Assembly: GCA_963733095.1 (NCBI GenBank)
Contig: CAVTBV010000009.1
Coordinates: 203,372 to 267,371, forward strand
Source of the DNA: Candidatus Bathyarchaeota archaeon
GTDB lineage: Archaea; Thermoproteota; Bathyarchaeia; Bathyarchaeales; Bathycorpusculaceae
Length of the DNA stretch: 64,000 bases
Reading direction: 5' to 3'
Part shown: in pieces, positions 38,154-49,052 of the stretch
How positions within the stretch are numbered: position 1 is the stretch's first letter
How the letters are laid out: each line of letters opens with the position of its first letter
Translations under genes and position numbers: made by a program
The notes under the pieces: model-generated
Database searches by the model: none
Seen by the model: only the letters and a program-made list of their open reading frames with translations
What the model was told of the DNA's origin: nothing

Positions 38154-38977
38154 TATGCTTTAACCAAACTCAAGATTTTTTGGTGGATTTCTATGTTACC
38201 TGACGTTATGAAGCTTAACTTTTGTTTTGGGTCCAACTTTACGTTTATTTGCTGGTTTTCTTGGTTGGTTACGATTCCGCCCGCTTCTTTAATTATGAGG
38301 AATCCTGCGGCGACATCGGTTGTGCGAATTTTGTTTCGCAAATCTATGAATGCATCCGTTAATCCTGCTGCAACTTGACAGACTTCCAGTGCATTCGCAC
38401 CGAAGTGACGTGTGTGCCTGATGTTTTCGATTAACGCTGCTGCAACAGTCATGTCCAATTTTGCTTTGTAAGCATTTAAATCCAAACCTACGATCGCTTC
38501 ATAGAGCGACTGGGTTTTTGACGTGTGTATTCGCTCTTTGTTGCGGTATGCGCCTTCACCTTTCAGTGCAATGTAGGTTTCATCGTGGACTAAGTCAGTA
38601 ACCATGCCAGCGTAGACGTCGGCGAGTTCGGGTTTATCGGAAACAGCGATGGAGGAGCAGTAAAAGGGTAAGCCATGCGTCAGGTTAGTTGTTCCATCTA
38701 TGGGGTCTACACACAAATAACACTTGTTGGGTAAAGCGCCGTATTCTTTGATGCCTGATTCTTCGCTGATAAGCGTGAAGGAAACACCGTGCTGCTGGAG
38801 GGTTTCCACAATTGCAGTTTCAGCCGCTAAATCCACTGGTTTCATGGCGTCTCCGCCAGCACCCATGCCTAATTCGGGTTGGGGCTCCTTTAGGGTTTTG
38901 AGACACGGCTGGATGGTTTTTTGTACGTTGTTTTTGCACTCGATCAGGATTTGTTGCCAGTCAATTTGAGTTTTCAT
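38153..38977 (-). CDS. suhB: Inositol monophosphatase / FBPase
   Basis: SEE, DPIDGTTN and DVAAGFLIIKEAGG motifs. Confidence 0.9.
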   Translation of the reverse strand: MKTQIDWQQILIECKNNVQKTIQPCLKTLKEPQPELGMGAGGDAMKPVDLAAETAIVETLQQHGVSFTLISEESGIKEYGALPNKCYLCVDPIDGTTNLTHGLPFYCSSIAVSDKPELADVYAGMVTDLVHDETYIALKGEGAYRNKERIHTSKTQSLYEAIVGLDLNAYKAKLDMTVAAALIENIRHTRHFGANALEVCQVAAGLTDAFIDLRNKIRTTDVAAGFLIIKEAGGIVTNQENQQINVKLDPKQKLSFITSGNIEIHQKILSLVKA

Positions 38978-39122
38978 TGCTTAACCTTCAGTTCTATATT
39001 GCGTACCCAGTTGATAAAGCCCTTACTCCTGGCATCGGACACGGATATCAAAAATAAATATCATAAATGAAGTATTGTCTGAAAATGCAGGTGCTGATTC
39101 AAACTGTTAAAGAATTAAAAAC

Positions 39123-39347
39123 TTAGGCTTTGATTTTTCTAACTCTCTCAGAAGAAGCGATGTAGCTTTGGCCTTTAATGGTGACAACGTATTTGCCGTT
39201 GTTTTGGACAAGCATGCTTTGCCTTGTGAGAACTGTCAGATGGGATTCTGCTTGCACGTCGTTTAAACCTAGCCAGCTCATGATTCTGCCCTTATCTTTC
39301 GGTGTTTCGCAGAAACGGATAATTCCTATCCTCTCACTAAAAGCCAT
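39123..39347 (-). CDS. Small winged-helix protein
   Basis: HLTVL...YVVTIKG pattern of archaeal wHTH proteins. Confidence 0.65.
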   Translation of the reverse strand: MAFSERIGIIRFCETPKDKGRIMSWLGLNDVQAESHLTVLTRQSMLVQNNGKYVVTIKGQSYIASSERVRKIKA

Positions 39348-39498
39348 ATTAAATCACAATATACATACCCATTGAACAGCAAATAAGCCTGCGTGATTGT
39401 TGGGCAACTACAACAAACGACTCATCGATTTTTCAGTAGAGAAACTCATCAGCAACAAATAAGAATCGGCAAAACGATATTTCAACATGTGATTCATC

Positions 39499-39870
39499 TT
39501 GGGAAAAAAAATCCATATACCTCAACTGGCGAAAAACGCAGTAGAACAAATCTTCACTAAACCAGCGACATCCACCTACCCCTTCGATAAATTAAAGTTA
39601 GCAGATAATTTTCGCGGTCAACCAATATTTGATTTTTCGACCTGCATTGGTTGCGGCATGTGTAGCAGAGATTGCCCAGCAAAAGCGATACAGATGGTTT
39701 CGGTTGATGGGAAAAAGCGTCCGGAACTTGACCTTTCTAAATGTGTGTTCTGTTATCAATGTGCTGAGACTTGCCCCAAAAAATCCATAAAAAGCTCCTG
39801 CAACTACGAGTTAGCCACAACCGACAAATCAACTCTGGTTAAGATTCCACAGGCAGACGGAGAAACTTGA
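39499..39870 (+). CDS. 2x[4Fe-4S] protein, NuoI/EchF-like
   Basis: KPATSTYP, FRG, CIGCGMCSRDCP and CVFCYQCAETCP motifs. Confidence 0.88.
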   Translation: MGKKIHIPQLAKNAVEQIFTKPATSTYPFDKLKLADNFRGQPIFDFSTCIGCGMCSRDCPAKAIQMVSVDGKKRPELDLSKCVFCYQCAETCPKKSIKSSCNYELATTDKSTLVKIPQADGET

Positions 39871-40036
39871 TTATTTTCTTTTTCGCGAATTACTCAGTCT
39901 GTTGCCATTGTGCAGCAGTTTCTTTTAGTCGACTTAAATTACCATGAGATAATTGGAAGTTGCCGAGTTGAAACGTTAAAAATTATGAAAACTCTTAAAT
40001 TATACAATTCCCAACAGAACTGGCAAGGTCCCGTTT

Positions 40037-41050
40037 ATGTCATCAAACACTACTAGGCTTCAAATCGAAGGCTACGACGAAAATGAAAAAATGTTCCTCG
40101 TGAAATCGCCTTCAGGCAATATTGTGAAGGTTCAGGATACTTTTGCAGAAATGTTCGCGCTGTGGGCAGGAAGAGTTTTAATTACTGCGCAAAACGAGAA
40201 ATGGGCACAAATCGCTGCAAGTTTAACCACTGGTTTTGCGACGAGTGTAATTGAAGCGACTGCAGAAGCAGCAATCGAACGTGCGGTTCCAGCTGACCAA
40301 ACACCTGACAAACGGCCCGGCGTGCTTATTCAAATTTACAATCGAGACCGTTTTGAACTAAAGCATCAACTGATGGAACGTATCGGTCAATGCACCCTGA
40401 CTTGCCCAACAACCGCAGCTTTCAACGGTTTAACTGGAAAACGCACTCTTAACGTCGGCAGCAGCCTACGGTACTTCGGCGATGGCTTCCAGAAAAAAGC
40501 CATGGTCGGAGGTAGAAAATGCTGGAAGATTCCAGTTATGGAGGGCAACTTCATAGTGGAAGACGGTTTTGGCGCGATGGAGGGGGTTGCAGGCGGCAAC
40601 TTTATGATTTTTGCAGCAGACCAGCCTTCGGGACTTAAGGCGGCTGAAGCAGCAGCAGATGCCATCCGTGCAAACGCTCCGGACGTAATTATGCAGTTTC
40701 CAGGAGGCGTTTGCCGTGCAGGAAGCAAAGCTGGCTCATTAAAATACAAACTGAAAGCATCAACTAACCACCCATATTGCCCAACACTGCGTACGCTTGT
40801 GCCCGACACTGTTGTTCCTGAAGGTGTAACATGCGTCTATGAAATTGTCATGAACGGTTTATCGTTAGATGCAGTTAAAAATGGCATAAAAGTCGGCGTA
40901 ACAGCAGCTGTCGCAGTGCCCGGTGTTGTAAAGATTTCGTCAGGCAACTATGGTGGAAAACTTGGTCCATTCAAGGCTTATCTCAGAGACGCTATAGGTG
41001 TACCTGCTCCCGAACCAGCGCAGACCCCGTCGGCTAAACCAAAAGCCTAA
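40037..41050 (+). CDS. ftr: Formylmethanofuran:tetrahydromethanopterin formyltransferase
   Basis: DTFAEMF, GFATSVI, TPDKRPG, RIGQCTLTCPTTA, FGDGFQ, GVAGGNF, ASTNHPYCPTL and GNYGGKLG motifs. Confidence 0.95.
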   Translation: MSSNTTRLQIEGYDENEKMFLVKSPSGNIVKVQDTFAEMFALWAGRVLITAQNEKWAQIAASLTTGFATSVIEATAEAAIERAVPADQTPDKRPGVLIQIYNRDRFELKHQLMERIGQCTLTCPTTAAFNGLTGKRTLNVGSSLRYFGDGFQKKAMVGGRKCWKIPVMEGNFIVEDGFGAMEGVAGGNFMIFAADQPSGLKAAEAAADAIRANAPDVIMQFPGGVCRAGSKAGSLKYKLKASTNHPYCPTLRTLVPDTVVPEGVTCVYEIVMNGLSLDAVKNGIKVGVTAAVAVPGVVKISSGNYGGKLGPFKAYLRDAIGVPAPEPAQTPSAKPKA

Positions 41051-41129
41051 CTTCCATTTTTTATGTCGGAACTTTTATTTGATTCCTTTTAACGTTAGTT
41101 ATCAAGTTAAAGATATTTAGTGAAGTTAT

Positions 41130-42398
41130 TTGAGTACCGCAAAAAAATCATCCCTCGAACTATTCAAGCTCAGAAAAACCCTCAACTCCCTAGCAAACAA
41201 AGAGGGTAGCCACACCGAACTCATCACAGTCTACGTTCCGCCAGGCAAACAAATCAGCGACGCCCTCAACCTGCTCCGCAACGAATATGGCACAGCTAGC
41301 AACATCAAATCCAATGTTACACGCAAAAACGTGCTCGATGCCATCGTCAAAGCACAACAAAAACTCAAGCTCTTCAAAGATCCAGGAGAAAAAGGCATCG
41401 TGGTCTTTACTGGTGCATTGTTGCCCGAGGGTGCGGCACCGGGAACGGAACGTATGGAAGCCTACGTGATTGTTCCGCCTGAACCTATCAAGATTTTCCT
41501 CTACCGCTGCGATAGCCGTTTTCACACTGAGCACTTGCAAGAGATGCTGCGGGAAAAAGAGACCTACGGCATTTTGCTAGTAGATGCTTCCAACGCTACG
41601 ATTGCAACCCTGCAGGGTAAACGCTTGCAGATTGTGCGGGAGATGCATTCGGGAGTTGCTGGGAAGACTCGAGCTGGTGGTCAGTCTGCGAGACGTTACG
41701 AACGTTTACGGGATATGCAGCTCAACGAGTACTTCACCCGTATTGGGCAACATGCAAACGAAATATTCTTGCCCATCGATACACTCAAGGGTTTAATTAT
41801 AGGTGGACCTGGACCAACAAAATACGACTTCGAAAAAGGCGACTACCTAAACTACCAGCTAAAAAACAAAATCTTGGACACCGTAGACACCGCCTATGTT
41901 GAAGAACAAGGCGTTAAAGAAGTAGTTGAAAAAGCCCCTGAAATCATGCGTAAAGTCCGCTACATCGAAGAGAAAGAAATCATGCAGAAATTCCTCTACG
42001 AAGTCGGACACGACACTGGATTGATAACTTATGGTGAAGGCGAAGTGCGGCGTTTGCTACAGAATGGCGCTGTGCGAACATTGCTCATGTCTGAAGAATT
42101 GGATTTAGTCCGCGTGACCATAAAATGTGGTGCCTGCGGCTTTGAAGAACAACACACCGTTAAAGGTAAGGACGTGGCTGATTTCGAGAAGGGTTTAGTT
42201 GGGCAGCCCTGTGCATCTTGTAAAGCGCCTTCGTTTACGATAGTGGATAAGAAGGATGTTGTGGACGATTTGGGGGAACTGGCTGAGCTCTCAAACACTG
42301 AGGTTGAGGTTATTTCGGCTGAAACCGAAGAGGGCCAAATGCTAAAGAACGCTTTCGGCGGTATCGCGGCAATTCTAAGGTTCAAGATGCAGGGTTAA
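41130..42398 (+). CDS. prf1: Peptide chain release factor aRF1 with Zn-ribbon insertion
   Basis: ASNIKS, YRCD and GGQS motifs; CxxC...CxxC insert. Confidence 0.96.
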   Translation: MSTAKKSSLELFKLRKTLNSLANKEGSHTELITVYVPPGKQISDALNLLRNEYGTASNIKSNVTRKNVLDAIVKAQQKLKLFKDPGEKGIVVFTGALLPEGAAPGTERMEAYVIVPPEPIKIFLYRCDSRFHTEHLQEMLREKETYGILLVDASNATIATLQGKRLQIVREMHSGVAGKTRAGGQSARRYERLRDMQLNEYFTRIGQHANEIFLPIDTLKGLIIGGPGPTKYDFEKGDYLNYQLKNKILDTVDTAYVEEQGVKEVVEKAPEIMRKVRYIEEKEIMQKFLYEVGHDTGLITYGEGEVRRLLQNGAVRTLLMSEELDLVRVTIKCGACGFEEQHTVKGKDVADFEKGLVGQPCASCKAPSFTIVDKKDVVDDLGELAELSNTEVEVISAETEEGQMLKNAFGGIAAILRFKMQG

Positions 42399-42620
42399 AT
42401 TCCTAATCTTCAATTGTTATGGCTCCTGAAAACGCATTACAGCAGGTCCCTTATAGGGTTTTAGAAAATTGCCTCGCCAAATAAAACCGCATAGCAATTG
42501 TTCATAAAAAAACAAAGATGGATGGGGGTAAGGTGAGGGGTTAGTCCCTCTCTCCATCGTTCTCTAATAAATACCTGAATTTTTTGCTTTATAAGGCATA
42601 TTTCAATTCCGGAATATTCC

Positions 42621-42908
42621 TCATCGATAATTGGGCTTTAGTTGCAAAAGTTCCTCTGCTTGCTGCTTTCCCATGCCTGCAACAAAAAGCTGTTTTTCTT
42701 TAGACGTTAGCCCTGAGGCAAGCTCTACTTTTGTATGCAAAAGCTTGGTGAATTCCTTTATTATTTCCTTGTTTACTTTGCCCTTAACTGGTTCTTCGGT
42801 AGAATAAACTACAATGTCAGTGCCGTCGAGCTCTATTTTGAATTTTGGAGAATTGGGTTTAACAAAAATGGTGAGGATTACCCCACCGTTTGCCTCGTTG
42901 ATGCTCAT
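42621..42908 (-). CDS. DUF167 (YggU) family protein
   Basis: VKPNS...PVKGKVNKE...SGLTSKEK pattern. Confidence 0.85.
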   Translation of the reverse strand: MSINEANGGVILTIFVKPNSPKFKIELDGTDIVVYSTEEPVKGKVNKEIIKEFTKLLHTKVELASGLTSKEKQLFVAGMGKQQAEELLQLKPNYR

Positions 42909-44563
42909 GCAGGTATGCACTCAGAATCGCAGGACAATTGTGCTTTGCCAGATTGCAGTGCCCAGCTGAATTTGTTACGTAGCGTTGTGGGGTAGAATTT
43001 TTCTATGTCGAACTTGACTTTTTTTGCCCACTTAACATAAGCGGTTGGGTCAATGTATGATTTGAGCGATGTGCCAAGGTTGTATTCTTTTGTGAGCTTT
43101 GTTAGTTGGATGTCAAGTTTGGCTCTTTCGATTCGGGTTTCAAGCGACTCAGTCTTTTTGCCAGCGACTTTCTTTACTCTCAGTTGTGCTTGCAGGTTTT
43201 TGAGGTTCTCTTCTTTCTTGGCTACGCGGTCATCAAAGGTTGGAGGCACCTTGCGTTTGTGGTTAGCTACTTCTGCTACCTTAAAGTTTGCCATTTTTGC
43301 TGCAAACCGCTTCTTGTAGTCTGGGGTATCTTTGGTTACGCCGCTTTTTTGCAGCTCTTCTTTGACGGTTTTTGTGCATCTCCAAGTGCGGAAGACTTTA
43401 GCGGTTAGTTTTGGCATTTTTTCAGAGAGGAAGCGGCTGACTTTTTTGCTGTCGATTCCTTGGAAAAGGTACTCCATTTTTGGGTCTGCTTCTTGAGCGG
43501 CTTTAAATTCCTTTATGTTTCGGATAACTGCAGGCGGCGCCTTGTAATCTTTTACCCAACGTACACTGTCTTTGCCGAGGAAGTCAAAATGGATTGTGTC
43601 ACCGTTAATTGTGATGTGCTCAGAGCGCAGGGTAATGGCGCCTACCGTGTCGGCTTCATCTGGGTCTTTTTCGTCACCAACCCTCATGTTGGGAACAAGG
43701 ATGAGCCATGAAACCGTCGCAACCTTGCGTCTTTCGATATCTTTGGATTCGAGGTTTTTGAGGATGTGAGCCTCAATTTGTTTGATTTGTTTACCTAAGG
43801 TTTCGGCTTTTTGGAATTTCTCTTTCTCACGGTTCTGCTTGAGAAAAGCAGTATCAGAGAACCAGACATACTTCATCTTGCCAGTTAGCTTGTCTTCCCA
43901 TTTTGCCACATACATCTTGTTGGGTTCCCACACCGCATCTTTCCAACCTTCTTTTTTTGCTTCTTCCCGATCTTTTTCATCCGAGAGATTAAGGATAATG
44001 TCGCTTTTGTTTGGTCCTTCTTTCCATTTTCCACGTTGTGGATGGTCACCGCGTCCAGCGAAAAGGCAGGATGGCTCAGAGGTCCAATTGGCAATTTCCA
44101 GTTTTTGCCCGTCAACGTTCGCGTAACCAAACTTTTCTTTGAATTCCAGCCTTTTGACTTTGCGTTCTTCTGCCAGTTGTTTTTTAACTTCTTTAGTTAA
44201 AGATTCCTTTGTGGCTTTTTCTTGTATTATGAAATTTTTTGGTTGCGTGAAATCTATTTCTCGGGTTAACTCTGGGTTATCTACATTGGACAGATATTTT
44301 GTGCAGAATAGATCAAGAAAGTTTGCTTGAGGATTCTCTTTCCTGAGTTGCCCCAAAAACTCCTTCATAAAGTTCTTCGTAAAAACCGGGTCTGGTGGAG
44401 CCAAGGTGGCGGATAGAATTCTGCGGCACCATGCAACTGCCATGGGTTCAGTTTTTTCTGAAAGTTTGATAGTTTGCCCCTGTATTTTAACGCTAAACCC
44501 CTTGTAATCGTAAGGGGGGACGAATATGCCGTTGTGCTTTAGCCTTTTCATGACATGTTTCAT
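42905..44563 (-). CDS. DNA topoisomerase IB (eukaryote-like)
   Basis: LKHNG, GRGDHP.RGKWK, MRVGDEKD.DEADTVG, FDFLGKDS, TAKVFRTW, NHKR and LGTSLKSYIDP motifs. Confidence 0.95.
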   Translation of the reverse strand: MKHVMKRLKHNGIFVPPYDYKGFSVKIQGQTIKLSEKTEPMAVAWCRRILSATLAPPDPVFTKNFMKEFLGQLRKENPQANFLDLFCTKYLSNVDNPELTREIDFTQPKNFIIQEKATKESLTKEVKKQLAEERKVKRLEFKEKFGYANVDGQKLEIANWTSEPSCLFAGRGDHPQRGKWKEGPNKSDIILNLSDEKDREEAKKEGWKDAVWEPNKMYVAKWEDKLTGKMKYVWFSDTAFLKQNREKEKFQKAETLGKQIKQIEAHILKNLESKDIERRKVATVSWLILVPNMRVGDEKDPDEADTVGAITLRSEHITINGDTIHFDFLGKDSVRWVKDYKAPPAVIRNIKEFKAAQEADPKMEYLFQGIDSKKVSRFLSEKMPKLTAKVFRTWRCTKTVKEELQKSGVTKDTPDYKKRFAAKMANFKVAEVANHKRKVPPTFDDRVAKKEENLKNLQAQLRVKKVAGKKTESLETRIERAKLDIQLTKLTKEYNLGTSLKSYIDPTAYVKWAKKVKFDIEKFYPTTLRNKFSWALQSGKAQLSCDSECIPA

Positions 44564-44709
44564 TAATTAAACACCGTTTTTTGGCAAAGTTTCTGTCTTG
44601 CACACTATTAGCTTAAAGAGGCTTTTTTTATCTTTCTATTTTAAAAACGCAACTTTCCAATAACTGAACTTCGCAACTTAAGAACTTATGACAAAAAAAC
44701 ACGCAAAAA

Positions 44710-45117
44710 TCAGGGAAAAAGCGTTTTTTGACGTTTTGCTGCCCTGTCATTTTGCAGCTTCTTGTAAACTTGCTCAACATTTTTACGTTCAACAAAGCCC
44801 TTGTGGGGACGGAAACCGCCCGAGAACCCTCCTGGAATATGCATGAGTTCATGAATCAGGGTTCTCTCCTTATCCTCGGGGCTCATTCGGTCAAAAATCT
44901 CGGAAATAACCTCAATAGTGTAAGAGGGTGGAAGGTTCAAAACGCCCTGCCAAATCTTACCTAACCCATGAATTCGAGCTATGGTGCGGCGTGCCTTGGA
45001 GCCCCTGCTTCGAACACAAAACACGAATTGAGGAACCACATGGTAGAACTCACATTCTTCTGCTAACTGGTCAACTTGTTTTTTGATCTCAGGGGCCTCA
45101 AAATATTTGATTGGCAA
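44710..45117 (-). CDS. Putative metallopeptidase
   Basis: IHELMHIP (HExxH). Confidence 0.8.
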   Translation of the reverse strand: MPIKYFEAPEIKKQVDQLAEECEFYHVVPQFVFCVRSRGSKARRTIARIHGLGKIWQGVLNLPPSYTIEVISEIFDRMSPEDKERTLIHELMHIPGGFSGGFRPHKGFVERKNVEQVYKKLQNDRAAKRQKTLFP

Positions 45118-45166
45118 TTCAAACCCTCTCTGGTTATCATTGTGATATGTTGTTTAGGTTAAAAAG

Positions 45167-47788
45167 CTAAGTGCTTTTCCGCAGAATTTTCGCAACTTCC
45201 ATCCAGAAGGTAGCAACAAAGGGCACACCTATTACAAGGACCCAATCCTGAGCATGTAAGCCTGTAATCTGGAGGGCTGCCTGTAGAGGCGGCAGTGAGG
45301 TTGCTGCGATCAAGGTTGCAAAAGCAAGCAATGCCCACAGCAGCATTACTTTGTTTGAAAATAGTCCTTCTTTTATTAGGGGCTCGTTTTCTGAGCGGAA
45401 GTTCAAGGCAAGGAAGATGTGTCCAAACATCCAAGTTGCGAAAGCTATAGTTCTCGCGTAGGTAATGTCAGAGGTTGTGTACCATGCAAACAGGAAGGTT
45501 GCGGTGACCGCTAGGAAGAGGCTGAAAGCGCCTAAGGCAAGGCTTCTAAGCATGGGGTTGCTTAAGAATTTCTCTTTTGGGTTTGTAGGCGGTTTTTGCA
45601 TGTTTCCTGCTTCTGCGGGTTCAGCTACAAAGGTGGCTGAGGCAGCCAAATCCATGAAGAGTTCAAGAACTATAATTTGGATTGGCGCAAATGGCAGTTT
45701 AACGCCCAAGAATATTGGAACAATGAAAATCGACACCAAAGCTACCTTGCAAGCTAAGTAGTACCTGACGCCTTTGCGGAGGTTGCCAAACAGTTTGCGC
45801 CCCTCTTTAACCGCAGTTTCTATCGTAGCAAAGTTGTCATCTGTCAAAATCATACTCGCAGCTTCTTTGGCAACATCTGTCCCACGAATACCCATAGCAA
45901 TTCCGATGTGGGCTTCTTTGAGCGCAGGAGCATCATTAATGCCGTCGCCCGTCACAGCCACAACCTCCCCGTTTTCTCTAAGTAGCCTAACCAAGTGCAA
46001 CTTATCTTCAGGAGTTACCCTAGCAAAAACGAACGTGCTTTTCAACGCGGCTTTTAAATCTGCATCAGTCATCTTTGTGATTTCATTCCCTGTCAACACG
46101 TTTGCGCTATTTATTCCGACTTGGCTGGCGATTGTTTTGGCTGTTTCCGGGTGGTCGCCCGTAATCATAATTACTTTAATTCCTGCTTCTTGACAGGTTT
46201 TAATGGCGCCCTTGACTTCTTTTCGGGGTGGGTCGATGAAGCCTATGATGCCCACAAAGACGATTTCCTGTTCTACACTTTCCTTGTCGGCAATGGCGTC
46301 TGCTAATAGTCGGTGGTATCCAAAGGCTAAGAGTCGTTCGCCGCCTTGAGCCATCTGTGCTATAGTGCTGAAAACTTCAACTCGTCTGGCGTCGTTGAGT
46401 TCAGCTTCTTCCCCCCCAAGTAGAATTCGATTGGAGTTTGCTAAGATTTTTTCTGGTGCACCGCTTGAGAGAACCACTTGTGAGCTGCCATATTGGTATA
46501 TGTAGCTGGCGAGTTTGCGCTTAACATCAAAGCTCAGTTCGTCTTTAAGGATCCAATCTTTTGAGAAATCAGCGACATCTACGCCGTCTTGCTTTAATCG
46601 CTCCAGAATTGCTTGAGCCATCGGATTGCTCAGTGTAGCGGTTATCGTAGGGTCGCGGATGGCGTCGCTTGCCAAAAGTGCAGTTCTCAATGCTGCCTTC
46701 TCGTTACCTCCAAACTGGGAACTTGAGCGTACGGCACCGTCAAAATACATGTGTTCTACCCTCATCTTATTCTCAGTAATGGTGCCCGTCTTGTCTGAAG
46801 CTATTACGGTTACAGTTCCAAGAGTTTCAGCTGCACGCAGACGCTTCACGATGGCGCCTTTTCTGGACAGTGCATAGCTGCCGACGCCTAAAACCATAGT
46901 GATTATGATGGGAAGTTCTTCTGGGATAACGACAAATGCCAAAGACAGTCCATACAGCACGGCTTCTGCTGGGCTTGGCTGTAAACCCCTGATGTAGCTA
47001 AGGACTGGTATGAGGATGGCGAATAAGAGTGCCACCCATACCAACGTTTTCGAAAGCTGCTTCATAGCCAATTGCAACTGAGTTTTGGGTTCTTTGGCTG
47101 CTTTAGTTATGCCTGCGACTCTTCCAAGTTCAGTCTTAACACCTGTTGCAGTTACAAGCGCTTTTGCTCTTCCTCGGGTGACAACGGTTCCGGTGAAGAG
47201 CATGTTAGTTTGGTCAGTTATCCGAGTTTCACGGGTTAGTATGGCAATGGCGTCTTTGGCTGCCGGAAACGACTCGCCAGTTAAAGAGGATTCATCAACT
47301 TCTAAACCGTACGCTTCAAGGATTCGGGCGTCAGCTGGGATGCGCTGACCAATTTTAATAAGCAAGACGTCGCCTGGAACCAAAAATGCTGTCTGCACTT
47401 CCATAGGTTGTCCGTTCCGAAGAACCAACGCGGTTGGCGGCGCCAGTTGACGAAGTGCAGAAATAGAACGTTTAGCTCTGTACTCGTTCCAAACCTCGGC
47501 CAAGACAAGAATGATGATTATGACAATTATTGTAAAGGCGTCGGTTAGGCTGCCCAAGATGCTGTATAGAACTCCAACGGTGATTAGTAGCAGAATCATT
47601 GGTTCGGTGATTTCTTCCCGTAAAATCCCCAAGAAACGGATTTCACGTTCTTCTACCAAGCTGTTTTTGCCGTATTGGTTTAGGCGCTGTGCTGCCTGTT
47701 GGTCTGTTAAGCCCTTCTCAGGGTCGGTGCCTAACGCCGAAACGACCTCTTGCGGCTGTTGCGTGTGCGGTTGACTCATCTGCAGCAC
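45167..47788 (-). CDS. P-type cation (Ca2+-like) ATPase
   Basis: TGES, PEELP, DKTGT, DPPR, TGDH and GDGINDAPALK motifs. Confidence 0.94.
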   Translation of the reverse strand: MLQMSQPHTQQPQEVVSALGTDPEKGLTDQQAAQRLNQYGKNSLVEEREIRFLGILREEITEPMILLLITVGVLYSILGSLTDAFTIIVIIIILVLAEVWNEYRAKRSISALRQLAPPTALVLRNGQPMEVQTAFLVPGDVLLIKIGQRIPADARILEAYGLEVDESSLTGESFPAAKDAIAILTRETRITDQTNMLFTGTVVTRGRAKALVTATGVKTELGRVAGITKAAKEPKTQLQLAMKQLSKTLVWVALLFAILIPVLSYIRGLQPSPAEAVLYGLSLAFVVIPEELPIIITMVLGVGSYALSRKGAIVKRLRAAETLGTVTVIASDKTGTITENKMRVEHMYFDGAVRSSSQFGGNEKAALRTALLASDAIRDPTITATLSNPMAQAILERLKQDGVDVADFSKDWILKDELSFDVKRKLASYIYQYGSSQVVLSSGAPEKILANSNRILLGGEEAELNDARRVEVFSTIAQMAQGGERLLAFGYHRLLADAIADKESVEQEIVFVGIIGFIDPPRKEVKGAIKTCQEAGIKVIMITGDHPETAKTIASQVGINSANVLTGNEITKMTDADLKAALKSTFVFARVTPEDKLHLVRLLRENGEVVAVTGDGINDAPALKEAHIGIAMGIRGTDVAKEAASMILTDDNFATIETAVKEGRKLFGNLRKGVRYYLACKVALVSIFIVPIFLGVKLPFAPIQIIVLELFMDLAASATFVAEPAEAGNMQKPPTNPKEKFLSNPMLRSLALGAFSLFLAVTATFLFAWYTTSDITYARTIAFATWMFGHIFLALNFRSENEPLIKEGLFSNKVMLLWALLAFATLIAATSLPPLQAALQITGLHAQDWVLVIGVPFVATFWMEVAKILRKST

Positions 47789-48046
47789 CTGAACATAATT
47801 TTGGATTATTGTTAATTTGCGAAAGGCACACTCCCTAAAAAGATTGCGCAGACAATAACTAAAATTTAGTGAGCGCAGACTTTGCCATTTTCACTGTTCT
47901 TGTAAAGGTGCAACAACAAGTTTCCTTAACTAGGTGTGTAAGCAACCGTTTGACTGCAAATTATGATTTTGAAAATTCTGCAATGCTTATTATGCAAAAC
48001 TTTATAACCGCGCCGAACGTTTTGTGTCTAAAAAGGTAGAATCAAG

Positions 48047-48967
48047 ATGAAATTCGGCACATACATGTTTGAAGCAAAGAAAGTTCCAGGCTTCGACTAT
48101 GACCTTTTCCGAGTAAAACCAGAAGTAGGCAGACGAATGCCGCCCAAAGCTGACATGCACAGCAACATCGCGATCTTTGGAGACAATGTGACCGCCCGCC
48201 TTCACCCCGACTGGATCAGCCAATCCGACTTAGGTCCCGCATGGAGAACCAACGACAACTTTAACGTTCGCTGGGAAGTACTCTGCGCAACACAACCCGA
48301 ACACAGAGCAGAACAACTCGACTACATCGAAGACGTTGCACGCAAAAGCGAAGGCATCTGGCTAAACAGCATCCACTTTGCAGAACACGGCCACTGCACA
48401 TGCCCACGATGCAAAGACCTATGGAAGAAAAGCGGCTTAAGCTGGTATGAATGGAGACGCAAAGAAATCACAGGCTACATGGCACAAGTAAGCGACCGCG
48501 TACGCAACAAAGCAAAGAAAAAATTCGTAATCGGTGTCCTTCCAGACCCAGTTACAAACTATGAACGCTTCGGCGTAAACTTCGACGATTTAGCACCCCT
48601 AACCGATGAATTCCTCGTTGTTATGTTCAGCAAAAACTACGCTACACCATGGTATTGGGAAATGCTCACACGCAACTTCAAGAAACTCTTCAAAGACGTC
48701 AAACTAAACATTGCACTATACGTTATCGGGCCCGGCGACGATCCAAAAGAAACTCCAACCCCAAGCGAACTCTTAACAGTCTCAGTTCGTATGGCAAGAG
48801 CAGGAGTAGACGGAATCCTATACTTAACCGACAAAGCAGCACAGATGCAAGAATTCCAGAAAGCAGCAATCGCACAGAAAGACACACGCGAACGCCTAGT
48901 AAGCTACGGCGGAAAGCAAGGTCAAGAAGTTCTCGACTTAGTCACAAGTTGGGAAAAGCTCTTCTAA
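48047..48967 (+). CDS. Conserved hypothetical protein, possible GH-like TIM barrel with CxCxxC
   Basis: GIWLNSIHF...HCTCPRC; core-like codon usage. Confidence 0.7.
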   Translation: MKFGTYMFEAKKVPGFDYDLFRVKPEVGRRMPPKADMHSNIAIFGDNVTARLHPDWISQSDLGPAWRTNDNFNVRWEVLCATQPEHRAEQLDYIEDVARKSEGIWLNSIHFAEHGHCTCPRCKDLWKKSGLSWYEWRRKEITGYMAQVSDRVRNKAKKKFVIGVLPDPVTNYERFGVNFDDLAPLTDEFLVVMFSKNYATPWYWEMLTRNFKKLFKDVKLNIALYVIGPGDDPKETPTPSELLTVSVRMARAGVDGILYLTDKAAQMQEFQKAAIAQKDTRERLVSYGGKQGQEVLDLVTSWEKLF

Positions 48968-49052
48968 AATAAACCAAACCGTTGCAGGCAGAAACAACCT
49001 GTGTGGTACAAACCACCAAGGCTGCCCTTTTTATTTAATTTAAAAAAAAGAT

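Noticed and set aside
42905-44563. Topoisomerase IB as a novelty
   Set aside because: Already known from Thaumarchaeota and related lineages.
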